From an uncultured Leptospirales bacterium (GTDB lineage Bacteria; Spirochaetota; UBA4802; UBA5368): a stretch of 63,448 nucleotides of DNA. A program made the translations under genes and the position numbers. Within the stretch, counting starts at the first letter, position 1. Each line of letters opens with the position of its first letter. Shown here piece by piece: positions 47,188-56,240 of this stretch. The notes beneath the pieces were generated by a model. The model saw nothing but the letters and a program-made list of their open reading frames with translations. It was not told the DNA's origin and did not search any database. The DNA lies in the NCBI GenBank assembly GCA_964625625.1, contig CAZVEG010000005.1, forward strand, positions 10,877 to 74,324, given 5' to 3'.

Positions 47188-48458
47188 CGGCCCGCCAGTT
47201 CCATCGGAACGGGAAACTCCTCGCCGCTCTCGCGAAGCTCCCGTCGTTTGTCCTCTGAAAGGCCTATCTCCTCATCGGTGATGTAACACTGCGGGTCGGG
47301 CGCCCACGGATCGTTGTACGCGCGGAAGGCCCGCACGCGCATCGCGCCGGTGCAGAGCGAGCGGTGCGCGCACAGCCTGCAGCGTCCCTTGATGTACTCG
47401 GCCTTGCGCTTGAGCCCGCGCATCAGCGGGTCGCTCTCGTCCATCCAGATTTCCCCGAAGCTCCGCTCGCGGACGTTGCCGAGCGTATAGTCCTGCCAGA
47501 ACTGGTCGGGGTGGACGTTGCCGACGAAGTCGATGTTGCCGATACCGACCCCGGTCGAATGCGCGCCGCCGCCGTTCCACGCGAGAAGCTCGCGCACCTT
47601 CTCCGCCATGGCGGGATCGGATTCGAGAAGCCTGAGGTAGATGTACACGCCGTCGGCGTGGTTGTCCACGGTCAGGATATTGATATCGAGACCGCGGTCG
47701 AAATAATCCTTCGTGCGCCGGAGGATGATGTCCATCGCGCGGCGGCTTTCGGCGTGGGTGAGGTCATCACCATACATATTCCCGCCCCTGCCCGAGTAGA
47801 CGAGATGATAAAAGCAGGCACGGCTGATCTTCTCGCGCTCGATGAAATCGAAGATTCCGTCCAGGTCCTCGTAATTGCGCCGCGTGAGCGTGAGGCGAAG
47901 GCCCACGCGCTGCCCGACGGCGATACAGTGCTCGAAGCCCTTCATGGCCTTCGAGAAGGCACCCTTCATGCCGCGGAAGCGGTCGTTGACCTCCTCCATA
48001 CCGTCAAGGCTGATTCCGACGTAGGTGACGCCCGCGTTGCGAATGGAGTGCGCGGCCTCGCGATCGATGAGCGTGCCGTTGGTCGAGATGACCGGGCGAA
48101 TACCCGTATTCGAGGCGTGTTCGATCAGCCGGAAAAGGTCCTTCCGCATGAGGGGCTCCCCGCCGGAGAAGAGGAGCGATGGCACGCGAAACGACGCCAG
48201 GTCGTCGACGAGCTTCATCCCCTCGCCGGTGTCGAGCTCGCCCGAATATTTAATATTGGCCGAATCGGTGTAGCAGTGCACGCAGCTTAAATTGCAGCTG
48301 CGCGTGGTGCTCCATACAACGATTGGCCGCCGCTCGCTCGCCAGCACCTCGCGCCGGTGCGGCGCGTTGCCGTGCGCGTCCGAGGGCGCCTCGGTCCCGT
48401 AGCGCAGACCGTCTCCAGTGGACGACCCGCCACAGTAGAGTTTTCCTATATCGATCAT
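47184..48458 (-). CDS. ahbC: radical SAM/SPASM 12,18-didecarboxysiroheme deacetylase
   Basis: MIDIGKLYCG, LRYG, CNLSCVHC, DNHADG, VHPDQFW and DPQCY; start moved to ATG 48458. Confidence 0.85.
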   Translation of the reverse strand: MIDIGKLYCGGSSTGDGLRYGTEAPSDAHGNAPHRREVLASERRPIVVWSTTRSCNLSCVHCYTDSANIKYSGELDTGEGMKLVDDLASFRVPSLLFSGGEPLMRKDLFRLIEHASNTGIRPVISTNGTLIDREAAHSIRNAGVTYVGISLDGMEEVNDRFRGMKGAFSKAMKGFEHCIAVGQRVGLRLTLTRRNYEDLDGIFDFIEREKISRACFYHLVYSGRGGNMYGDDLTHAESRRAMDIILRRTKDYFDRGLDINILTVDNHADGVYIYLRLLESDPAMAEKVRELLAWNGGGAHSTGVGIGNIDFVGNVHPDQFWQDYTLGNVRERSFGEIWMDESDPLMRGLKRKAEYIKGRCRLCAHRSLCTGAMRVRAFRAYNDPWAPDPQCYITDEEIGLSEDKRRELRESGEEFPVPMELAGR

Positions 48459-49513
48459 CCCATGTTCTCCTTCTTCCACTCGTCGAACGCCGGCGAAAAA
48501 TACGTCACGCGCTTCTTCTTGAATTCGCGGAGGCTCTTCAGAACCAGGTAATCGCTCAACCCCGACTTCTTCTCGAGGGTGGCTATGATGCTCTCGAGCT
48601 CGCCGTCGCTTCTCGCGTGGATCATCGCGAAGAGCGGGTGCTCCCATCGCCCGGGATGCACCGTCCGCCGGTACAGATGCGAGATGCTCTTTGCCGACAG
48701 GAATACCTGCATCACCTCGTCTTCGCCGCGCCCGGCTTCCGTCTTCCAGGCGGTCATGGCGTTCGCGCCGTAACCGGCGTTGTAGTGCTTGAGCACCGCC
48801 GCGTACCGGCGCATGATTCCCTTCTGTTTCAGCGCCTCACCGATTGTTACGAGCCGTTCGGAACTCATGGAGCTTTTTGTCGTCGAAACAATCGCGTCGA
48901 ACGGCCTCGGCGTGATGGGCAGGTCCGTCTGGAGCAAGAGAACCGCATCCCGTTCCTCGCCGGAGAGCGCGTACCCGCCGTCGTCGTGCGCGAGGGCCGC
49001 GCCGTTCGGTCCGGCCGCTTCATCCTCCTCCCCGTCTTCCGGCGCGTCGTCCCCCATCCTCAGCATGAATCCTATCTTGTAGAGCTTTTCGTTCCGGAGG
49101 ATGAGATGGTCCGTCGCCCGGCAGTGCCGCGCGAGCACCGCGGCGGTCTCCTCGAGCGAGGTCGCCGCGTCCACCGCCAGCGTAAACCAGATGTTGAACC
49201 GGTGGTCTCGCAGGTAGTTGTGACTTACCCCGGGATGCGCGTTGATGATCTCCACCGCTCCCTCCACCTCTCCCTCGTCGACGGACATCGCCACCAGGCT
49301 CGAATGATAGCCCAGCCTGTGCGCATTGAAGATGGCCGATATATTGCGCACGATCCGCTTTTCCTTGAGACGGGCGACGGTTTCCAGAAGCTCGCTTTCC
49401 TTGATGGAGAGCTCGTCGGCGATAAGCCGAAAGGGTTCCGCGGCCAGTGGAATATCCTCCTGTATCCGGTTGATGATGCGCTCCTCGGCGCGGGTGAACC
49501 GTATCGCGGTCAT
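48455..49513 (-). CDS. fused siroheme decarboxylase (AhbA-AhbB, AsnC/Lrp-like halves)
   Basis: IQEDIPL, VSHNYLR...NIWFT first half; LQTDLPI, SHLYRR...LFAMIH, SLREFKK second half. Confidence 0.85.
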   Translation of the reverse strand: MTAIRFTRAEERIINRIQEDIPLAAEPFRLIADELSIKESELLETVARLKEKRIVRNISAIFNAHRLGYHSSLVAMSVDEGEVEGAVEIINAHPGVSHNYLRDHRFNIWFTLAVDAATSLEETAAVLARHCRATDHLILRNEKLYKIGFMLRMGDDAPEDGEEDEAAGPNGAALAHDDGGYALSGEERDAVLLLQTDLPITPRPFDAIVSTTKSSMSSERLVTIGEALKQKGIMRRYAAVLKHYNAGYGANAMTAWKTEAGRGEDEVMQVFLSAKSISHLYRRTVHPGRWEHPLFAMIHARSDGELESIIATLEKKSGLSDYLVLKSLREFKKKRVTYFSPAFDEWKKENMG

Positions 49514-50574
49514 GATCGCGTCCTCTTCGGCTCATACATGCAGTAGGGTTCCTCGGCCATACAGTCCCCCGTCTCGTAATAGGCCCGCGCGCGACAGCCC
49601 GCGCAGAAGGCGCGGTACTCGCACAGGCCGCACTTGCCGCCAAGATCGTCGATCCCGCGTAATGTACTGAATAACTCAGAATTTTTCCATATATCTCCAA
49701 GCGGCTTTTCGACCACGCTGCCCGCCACGAGCGGAAGATAGCCGCAGGGCTGCACGTCTCCCCTGTGCGAGATGAAGCACACTCCGCTTCCGGCGAGGCA
49801 CCCCCGCGTCATCGCCGCCATGCCGTCGGTCTCGAAGCTCACGGTACGCCCTTCCTTTCGGGCCTCCTGACGCATAATGCGGTAATAGTGCGGGGCGCAG
49901 GTCGCCTTGAACTCGAAGGGCGCGTCCTTGGTGCGGTGATACAGCCAGGTGAGCACCTCCTCGTATTTCTCCCTCGAGAGCATATCGCTCTCGGCGATCT
50001 CCACGCCGCAGCCCACCGGCACCAGCATGAAAACGTGCAGCGCCTTCGCGCCGCGCTCCTCGGCGAGCCGGAGCACACCCTCGATCTCGTCCACGTTCCG
50101 CCGGGTTATCGTCGTGTTGAACTGGAATTCGACCCCCCCTTCGCGAAGCAGGCGCGCCCCTTCGAGGGCCAGGTCGAACGATCCCGGGATGCCGCGGAAC
50201 CCGTCGTGCGAGGCGGCACCGGATCCGTCGATCGAAATGCTCACCCGGCTGAATCCCGCCTCACGGATGGCGCGCGCGGTACCCGCGTCGATCAGCGTCC
50301 CGTTGGTGGCCAGCGCGATCCGAAGGCCCTTCGATACGGCATGGCGCGCGATCTCGAAGAGATCGGCCCGGTACAGCGGCTCTCCACCGGTGAGCACCAG
50401 GATGGGATTCGCGAAGGCGGCAATGTCATCGACTACGCGAAGCGCCGCGGCCGTGTCGAGCTCCCCCGAGAAGAGCGAGTCGTCGGCCTCCGCCCGGCAG
50501 TGCGCGCAGCGCAGGTTGCATCGCTTCGTAAGCTCCCAGAATACGAGCCTCAGGGTGTCCGCGGCCATCATCAT
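49510..50574 (-). CDS. ahbD: radical SAM/SPASM haem b synthase
   Basis: VFWELTKRCNLRCAHC, KATCAPHYYR, GCLAGSG and CGLCEYRAFCAGCRARA motifs. Confidence 0.85.
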   Translation of the reverse strand: MMMAADTLRLVFWELTKRCNLRCAHCRAEADDSLFSGELDTAAALRVVDDIAAFANPILVLTGGEPLYRADLFEIARHAVSKGLRIALATNGTLIDAGTARAIREAGFSRVSISIDGSGAASHDGFRGIPGSFDLALEGARLLREGGVEFQFNTTITRRNVDEIEGVLRLAEERGAKALHVFMLVPVGCGVEIAESDMLSREKYEEVLTWLYHRTKDAPFEFKATCAPHYYRIMRQEARKEGRTVSFETDGMAAMTRGCLAGSGVCFISHRGDVQPCGYLPLVAGSVVEKPLGDIWKNSELFSTLRGIDDLGGKCGLCEYRAFCAGCRARAYYETGDCMAEEPYCMYEPKRTRS

Positions 50575-51887
50575 TTTTTGAACAGCTCCTCTATAATGCG
50601 CGCCGCCTCTCCGGGGCCACGATACACTTCCCGGTCATGATGCCCTTTCGCCTTCGTCTGGTACCGTTTGAGATAGGCGATCGGGTTGTGCAGCGTCTTG
50701 GTCATGATCTGGCGTGTGAGCTCCTCGACGACGCGGAAGTCATCATCCGAAAGGTGCTTGAGCTTCCGCCGCCGGTAGCGCTCCAGCTCTCCGCCGCGTA
50801 TCGACTCGAACTCGTCGCGTATTTTAACGATTGCCGGAACCACGGCGAGGCCTTCGTACCATTCGTAAAACTCGTCCGCGTCCGAGCGGACCAGGCCCTC
50901 GGCGACGTCGAGCTCCCGCAGGCGATGTTTCAGGTTCTCGTCGGCGATCGACTTGAGATCATCGATGTTGTACAGGAACACGTTGTCGATTTTTCCCACT
51001 TCGGGATCGACGTTCCGCGGAACCGCGATATCGATGAGAAAAACCGGGCGGCTCCCGCGTTTCTTCGCCACCGCCCTCATCATCTCCGTCGTTACGATAT
51101 ATTTCGGAGAGGACGCCGAGGCTATGACGATATCCGAGCCCTGCGCCGCCGATGCGAGGTCGTCGAGCGGAACTATATGCGCCTCGCGGTTCACCCCCCT
51201 GGCTATCCGCTCCGCGTTGGCCAGCGAACGATTGGCGATGGTGATCTCGCCGATGCTGAACTTGGTAAAATATTTCAGGATGAGCTCGCCCATCTCTCCG
51301 GCCCCCAGCAGGAGAGCCCTCTGGCGCGAGAGATCGTCGAATATCTTTCGGGCGAGCTCGGTGGCGATATACGCGATGGAAAGGGGGTTTTTCGATATCT
51401 CGGTTTCGGTGCGCACCCGCTTCGCGGTGCGGAAAGCCTGATGGAACAGCCGGTTGAGCACCGTCCCGGCCTTCCCCGCGCGCACCGACTTGCCGTAGCA
51501 GTTTTTCACCTGGAAGAAAACCTCGTTCTCCCCCAGCACCATGGAATCGAGGGAAGACGCCACTGAAAGAAGGTGTAGCACCGCCTCGCGCGAATACTTT
51601 TTATACAGCGAGGATTCGAATTTCGCCCTGGGAAGGGAGGAAACGCCCTCGAGGACGCCCAGCACCGACTCGACCGCCGCGTTCATGTCGCGCGTGATGA
51701 AGTATATCTCCACCCGGTTGCAGGTGGAGAGGTACACGATCTCATCGACACCCTCCGAACAGGTTTTATCGAAGAAGGCGGGCAGTTCGTCGTCGGCGAG
51801 CGTAAAGCGTTCGCGAAGGTCGACCGGTGCCGTTTTATGACTGAGCCCGATAAGTCCGATCTCGGGCCTGTTCAAGCTCTCTTTCAT
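50571..51887 (-). CDS. hemA: glutamyl-tRNA reductase
   Basis: GLSHKTAP, STCNRVE, GENE, LGAGEMG and DIAVPRN motifs; true start ATG 51887. Confidence 0.95.
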   Translation of the reverse strand: MKESLNRPEIGLIGLSHKTAPVDLRERFTLADDELPAFFDKTCSEGVDEIVYLSTCNRVEIYFITRDMNAAVESVLGVLEGVSSLPRAKFESSLYKKYSREAVLHLLSVASSLDSMVLGENEVFFQVKNCYGKSVRAGKAGTVLNRLFHQAFRTAKRVRTETEISKNPLSIAYIATELARKIFDDLSRQRALLLGAGEMGELILKYFTKFSIGEITIANRSLANAERIARGVNREAHIVPLDDLASAAQGSDIVIASASSPKYIVTTEMMRAVAKKRGSRPVFLIDIAVPRNVDPEVGKIDNVFLYNIDDLKSIADENLKHRLRELDVAEGLVRSDADEFYEWYEGLAVVPAIVKIRDEFESIRGGELERYRRRKLKHLSDDDFRVVEELTRQIMTKTLHNPIAYLKRYQTKAKGHHDREVYRGPGEAARIIEELFKK

Positions 51888-52723
51888 TTGAAGCCGTGGA
51901 ACCCCATGGTAATGTAGATGTTGGAAAACATTAAGACGAACATGAGAACGGCGAAAAGGAGCACGTTGAGCTGGCTCGCCCGGTGTGGATTGAGACGCCC
52001 GCGATGACGCAGCCAGAAGAGGCCGAGGATCGCGACCCACGAGGCATAGAGGATGATTTCCTTGGGACTGCCCTGGTACGGGGTGGCGAACACCGCGTAC
52101 ATCACGAAGGCCCCGGAGACCAGCCCGAGCGAAAGCAGCACGAACGCGCGCGATATGGCCCACCTGTTGAATTTTTCTATGGACTCGAGGGTGGGAAGAC
52201 GGAAGACAAAGCGCATCGAGGTCTTTTTCTTCAGCTGCCATTCCATCACAAGGTAGAGCACCGAACCGATGAAGCTCAGGAAAAAGAAGATCTCCCCCAG
52301 GATGGCGATCAGGATATGGAGCGGGAGCAGCCAGTGCCCGGTATCGACCGTGATCCGTCTCGCGGAATCGAGAAAGGGGATCGAGATGACAAGCACCAGG
52401 GTGATGAAGGGAACCGCGAGCGTGGTGAACGACCACCACTGGGCCTTCCAGCGTGAAAAATAAAGGTAGATGAGCAGTATTACGAGCACGAGCGCGAGGA
52501 GGTAAAAATATCCCCAGATCGTGAATGCACCCCGGACAACCCCCTCTCCGGTTTCGAGATAGAAACGAACCACACCCAGCCCGAAGAACACCGCAATTGC
52601 GGCGAGTAACACGCGTCCGGCCCTGTTCCGGTGCCTGTCGTCATCGGTATGGAGTGAGAAGATGCACAGCGCTGATGTGCCGACAAACAGGACCAGCGTA
52701 ATGATAAAAATGGCATCGAACAT
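51884..52723 (-). CDS. CcsA/HemX-family membrane protein
   Basis: About 8 TM helices, LPLHIL, LPTLESIEK and SPKE motifs; position directly before hemA. Confidence 0.8.
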   Translation of the reverse strand: MFDAIFIITLVLFVGTSALCIFSLHTDDDRHRNRAGRVLLAAIAVFFGLGVVRFYLETGEGVVRGAFTIWGYFYLLALVLVILLIYLYFSRWKAQWWSFTTLAVPFITLVLVISIPFLDSARRITVDTGHWLLPLHILIAILGEIFFFLSFIGSVLYLVMEWQLKKKTSMRFVFRLPTLESIEKFNRWAISRAFVLLSLGLVSGAFVMYAVFATPYQGSPKEIILYASWVAILGLFWLRHRGRLNPHRASQLNVLLFAVLMFVLMFSNIYITMGFHGFK

Positions 52724-53141
52724 GGAATCCGCCGCTTGCTCCTTTTCCCGGTGGTGCCCGCCGGGTTTTTAAACAACCCTTCCGATCCAGTATACCACAC
52801 CGAGGACCGCGTTTTATAACAAGTAATTTTTCTGTGAAAAAGCCGCGGCGGTCACCCGGAATCCCCCGTTCTTATCCGGGGAATCGACCCGGGATCCCAA
52901 ACGCACAGTTGTCGTACTCATGCCCGCAGGGTGGTGGATTCGGAGGAAGCCTGCCGCCTGCACGTCGTACAGGACTATCCTGCGCCAGAACCGGTTCCCG
53001 ATATCGTCGCGTCAGACGGCATCCCCGCCGTCGAAAGACAGGTCGGAGATTCCCTGCTTGACTTTCGTGGTTCATGCGGTATATGCTGCCCGGTGCCCGG
53101 ACATCCATGAACGCAGCAATGTTCAACGCGGAAGTGACAGA

Positions 53142-54197
53142 ATGCCCCAGCCCAGACTTAAAATCATGCTTGTCGAAGATGACACGATCATCGGCAGATA
53201 TTTATCGGAGGTCCTGGAGGAAGGCGGCTACGACGTCATACAATGCCTCTCGAACGGCAGTGACGCCCTGAGAGCGGCGGTTCCGCTCAAACCCGATCTC
53301 GTGCTCATGGACATTTCCCTGCCCGGCGACATTGACGGCGTCGAGGTTGCCAAGCAATTTAAAACACTCCACGACCTCCCCGTGGTTTTCATCACCGCTC
53401 ATTCCGACAGGAAGACGATCGAGCGGGCGCGCGATGCCGACTGTTATGGTTATGTGCTGAAGCCCATCATCGACGCCCAGGTATTCGCGGCGATCGAGAT
53501 GGCCGTACAGCGCAGCAACCTCGAGGGGAAGGTGCGGGCGAGCGAGGAGGAGTTGCGCCTGCTCTCCGCGCACCTGCAAACCGCGCTCGAAAAGGAGCGC
53601 CTGCGGCTCGCGCGGGAGATACATGACGTGCTGGGGCAGATGCTCACGGCCCTGCGTATCGACCTCTCGTGGATGATCAGGCGCATGCCGCGTGAAGAGG
53701 GGGAGATCAACCGCAAGGCCGGCTCGGCCCTCAGAATGACGGATGATATTATTCAAAACGTAAGAAGGATATGCTCCGAGCTCCGGCCGGGGGTACTCGA
53801 CGACCTGGGCCTGGCCGCGGCGATCGAATGGCAGGCGCGCGACCTTGAAAAACGTTCGGGGATACCGTTTGAAACAATCGTCCCGGAGAGCGATACGGCA
53901 ATTGAAGACGAGCGCGCCGTCGCCCTTTTCAGGATTTTCCAGGAGGCGGCCACGAACGTTTTGCGGCACGCCGGGGCCTCCCGCGTAAAGATCGAGCTGT
54001 CGGTCGCAAACGGCGAGGCACGTCTGGTTGTTTCCGATAACGGAGCCGGAATATCGCCGGCGGCGGCCGGTGATCCCTCGTCATTCGGGCTGATGGGCAT
54101 ACGAGAGAGAAGCCGCCACTGCGGCGGCAACTGCACCATAACGGGAAATCCGGGGAGGGGTACCACCGTGGACGTCCGGATCCCGCTGGGAGGGTGA
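53142..54197 (+). CDS. hybrid histidine kinase REC-HisKA_3-HATPase with no sensor domain
   Basis: LVEDD...LMDI...LKP receiver; AREIHDVLGQ, QEAATNVLRHA, DNGAG and FGLMGIRER motifs; start ATG 53142. Confidence 0.9.
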   Translation: MPQPRLKIMLVEDDTIIGRYLSEVLEEGGYDVIQCLSNGSDALRAAVPLKPDLVLMDISLPGDIDGVEVAKQFKTLHDLPVVFITAHSDRKTIERARDADCYGYVLKPIIDAQVFAAIEMAVQRSNLEGKVRASEEELRLLSAHLQTALEKERLRLAREIHDVLGQMLTALRIDLSWMIRRMPREEGEINRKAGSALRMTDDIIQNVRRICSELRPGVLDDLGLAAAIEWQARDLEKRSGIPFETIVPESDTAIEDERAVALFRIFQEAATNVLRHAGASRVKIELSVANGEARLVVSDNGAGISPAAAGDPSSFGLMGIRERSRHCGGNCTITGNPGRGTTVDVRIPLGG

Positions 54198-54264
54198 ACA
54201 TCCTGAAGATCGTGCTGCATCAAACGACACCAGCCACCATAAGTGAAGGGAAGAGAGGAAGTCG

Positions 54265-54906
54265 ATGAAAGACCAGGTAAAGATCATCATCGCCGATGAC
54301 CACCCGGTTGTTCGCGCCGGCCTGAGGCAGATCCTTGCCGAATCGGGAAAAATAAAAGAGATCGTCGAGGCCCGCGACGGCCAGGATCTGCTCGAAAAAC
54401 TGAAGAAAAACAGGTACGACATCATCCTCCTGGACATCACCATGCCGGGCCGGAACGGGCTCGAGATTCTGAAAGAACTGAGAATCCTATATCCCTCGAT
54501 TCCGGTGCTGGTCCTCAGCGTACACCCGGAAGAACAATACGCGCTCAGGGTGATACGCTCCGGCGCCGCAGGCTACCTTACAAAAGAAACCGCCCCGGAA
54601 AACCTGCTCGAGGCGATCGCACGGATACTCGGCGGGAGAAAATACATTACCCAGGAGATCGCAGAAATACTGGCATCGTCCCTCGGCGAGAACGAGGGAC
54701 TCGCGCCACACCTCAGGCTTTCGGACCGCGAGTTCGAAACATTCAGGATGATCTCGCTGGGCAAAAGCCTGACGGAGATCGCGGGCGAGATGTTCCTCAA
54801 CGTCAAAACAATCAGCACGTATCGGAGAAGGATACTGGACAAGATGAACATGAAATCAACCGCGGAGCTCATCAATTATGCGCTGAAGAACAACCTCATC
54901 AATTGA
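54265..54906 (+). CDS. NarL/UvrY-family response regulator
   Basis: IADDHPVVR, LLDITMPG and LSDREFE...KTISTYRRR LuxR HTH. Confidence 0.95.
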   Translation: MKDQVKIIIADDHPVVRAGLRQILAESGKIKEIVEARDGQDLLEKLKKNRYDIILLDITMPGRNGLEILKELRILYPSIPVLVLSVHPEEQYALRVIRSGAAGYLTKETAPENLLEAIARILGGRKYITQEIAEILASSLGENEGLAPHLRLSDREFETFRMISLGKSLTEIAGEMFLNVKTISTYRRRILDKMNMKSTAELINYALKNNLIN

Positions 54907-54931
54907 AACGTCCCGAACCCGGGATGTAGGA

Positions 54932-54957
54932 ATTTTCAGGCGGAACCGCCTGAAAAT
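54932..54957. promoter_or_regulatory. perfect 12-bp inverted repeat, candidate operator
   Basis: ATTTTCAGGCGG-AA-CCGCCTGAAAAT. Confidence 0.55.
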
Positions 54958-55056
54958 CTGACAGCATTTTCTCCCTTACACCCCCTCATTTTCTCCCGTA
55001 TCCCCATTGCGGTTTCAACGCGACGGGGTTCTACTGGCCGGGTCGAGGATACCCGC

Positions 55057-55449
55057 ATGAAAACGTTCATCGTCGAAGATTCAGCGCTCGTCACGGCATA
55101 CCTCGTTGAGATGCTGAAGGGAATTCGATGCGTCGAGATCGTCGGGCATGCGACCAATCCCGGTGACGCCATCGCCCGGATACGTGATTCTTCCCCCGAA
55201 GTGATAATCCTCGACCTGCGGTTGAGCGGCGGGTCGGGGATCGAAGTGCTCGAGCGGGTTAAAAGTGCGGAACGGCCACCTGTTGTCATCGTACTCAGCA
55301 ATTATGCCTATGCCGAATACAGGGAACGCTGCCGGGAACTGGGGGCCGAGTATTTCTTCGACAAAGCGTTCGAATTCGACCGCGTGGCGGAGGTGCTGCA
55401 GGGTCTGTGCGGGGAAAAGGGCTTCCCCGGGGATCAAACCGGCAGGTGA
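55057..55449 (+). CDS. single-domain response regulator (REC)
   Basis: IVEDS, ILDLRL, VLSN and FFDK motifs. Confidence 0.9.
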   Translation: MKTFIVEDSALVTAYLVEMLKGIRCVEIVGHATNPGDAIARIRDSSPEVIILDLRLSGGSGIEVLERVKSAERPPVVIVLSNYAYAEYRERCRELGAEYFFDKAFEFDRVAEVLQGLCGEKGFPGDQTGR

Positions 55450-55509
55450 CCGGAACCGGCCATGCTCATCCGGGAGGGGTCTGAAACCCGATAACGAGGA
55501 GGTCAGGCG

Positions 55510-55842
55510 ATGAGGCACTTTTTTCTCGAATGTGATTTCACAACCATGGAAGTGATACGGTTGATCCGAAGCATCAGGTCGCTCGGCCTGGACTTTCCGC
55601 TGGTCGTGTTCTCGCGTGGATCAGGGGAGCTGATTTTAAATAAAGCCCTGGAAAACGGAAAGCCCGCCTGGTTTATAAAATCGATCGATGCTGATTCGTT
55701 GACGCATGAAATCCGGTCGGCATTGAGCCGGGAGAGCGTCATGGCCGAACCGGATTATTGCGCAATTTCTGGTTTTGACGCCGGCGGAGTTCCGACCGGT
55801 AACGAACCGAAGGGGAGAATAACCGACGGAAAGGTGATGTAG
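55510..55842 (+). CDS. N-terminally truncated receiver-like protein (possibly a remnant)
   Basis: GAGGAGG RBS; MEVIRLIRS, FPLVVFS, KALENG and WFIK match REC alpha3-alpha5. Confidence 0.5.
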   Translation: MRHFFLECDFTTMEVIRLIRSIRSLGLDFPLVVFSRGSGELILNKALENGKPAWFIKSIDADSLTHEIRSALSRESVMAEPDYCAISGFDAGGVPTGNEPKGRITDGKVM

Positions 55843-55984
55843 AACCCGTGCCGTTTCGCGTTCTCGCCCGGGTTTCCCCGCAATAAGAGCTGTACCCAAA
55901 GGACCCTTCCGGCGTCCGCGATACGGACGGACCGAAAAACCGCATCAACGGCCCGTTTCGTCGATCAAAAAATGACGATTAATT

Positions 55985-56013
55985 TTGACACCCCGCCGCC
56001 CCCACGCTATATT
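55985..56013 (+). promoter_or_regulatory. near-consensus sigma70 promoter
   Basis: TTGACA-17nt-TATATT. Confidence 0.7.
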
Positions 56014-56019
56014 CATATT

Positions 56020-56094
56020 GCTACCGCAGGGTAGTAACCTTCCAAATTTCCACTAAAACGGTTGACGATTCCTCCCGGAATCGTCCTTTTTTTG
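56020..56094 (+). ncRNA. candidate small RNA (~75 nt)
   Basis: Bracketed by the promoter and an intrinsic terminator; 5' hairpin CTACC-GCAG-GGTAG; no ORF inside. Confidence 0.5.
56065..56094 (+). terminator. intrinsic terminator
   Basis: GACGATTCC-TCCC-GGAATCGTC-C-TTTTTTT. Confidence 0.8.
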
Positions 56095-56240
56095 TACCGC
56101 CCGGACGATATGTCCCGACGAAAGTATGGGAAAAGCCGTGGCCGGAAAGCGTTCCTCACCCCGTGAAAGTGGCCCCATATTTTTCCATACACCGGTGAAA
56201 AAAGATTGTATCGGGCCATTCATTCGCTACATTTATCAGT

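Noticed and set aside
51888-52439. Apparent 183-aa N-terminal extension or fusion on HemA in the ORF track
   Set aside because: It overlaps the ccsA/hemX gene in another frame; the real start is the ATGA-coupled ATG at 51887
56095-56190. Hammerhead-like GAAA with flanking stems
   Set aside because: The CUGAUGA catalytic core is absent
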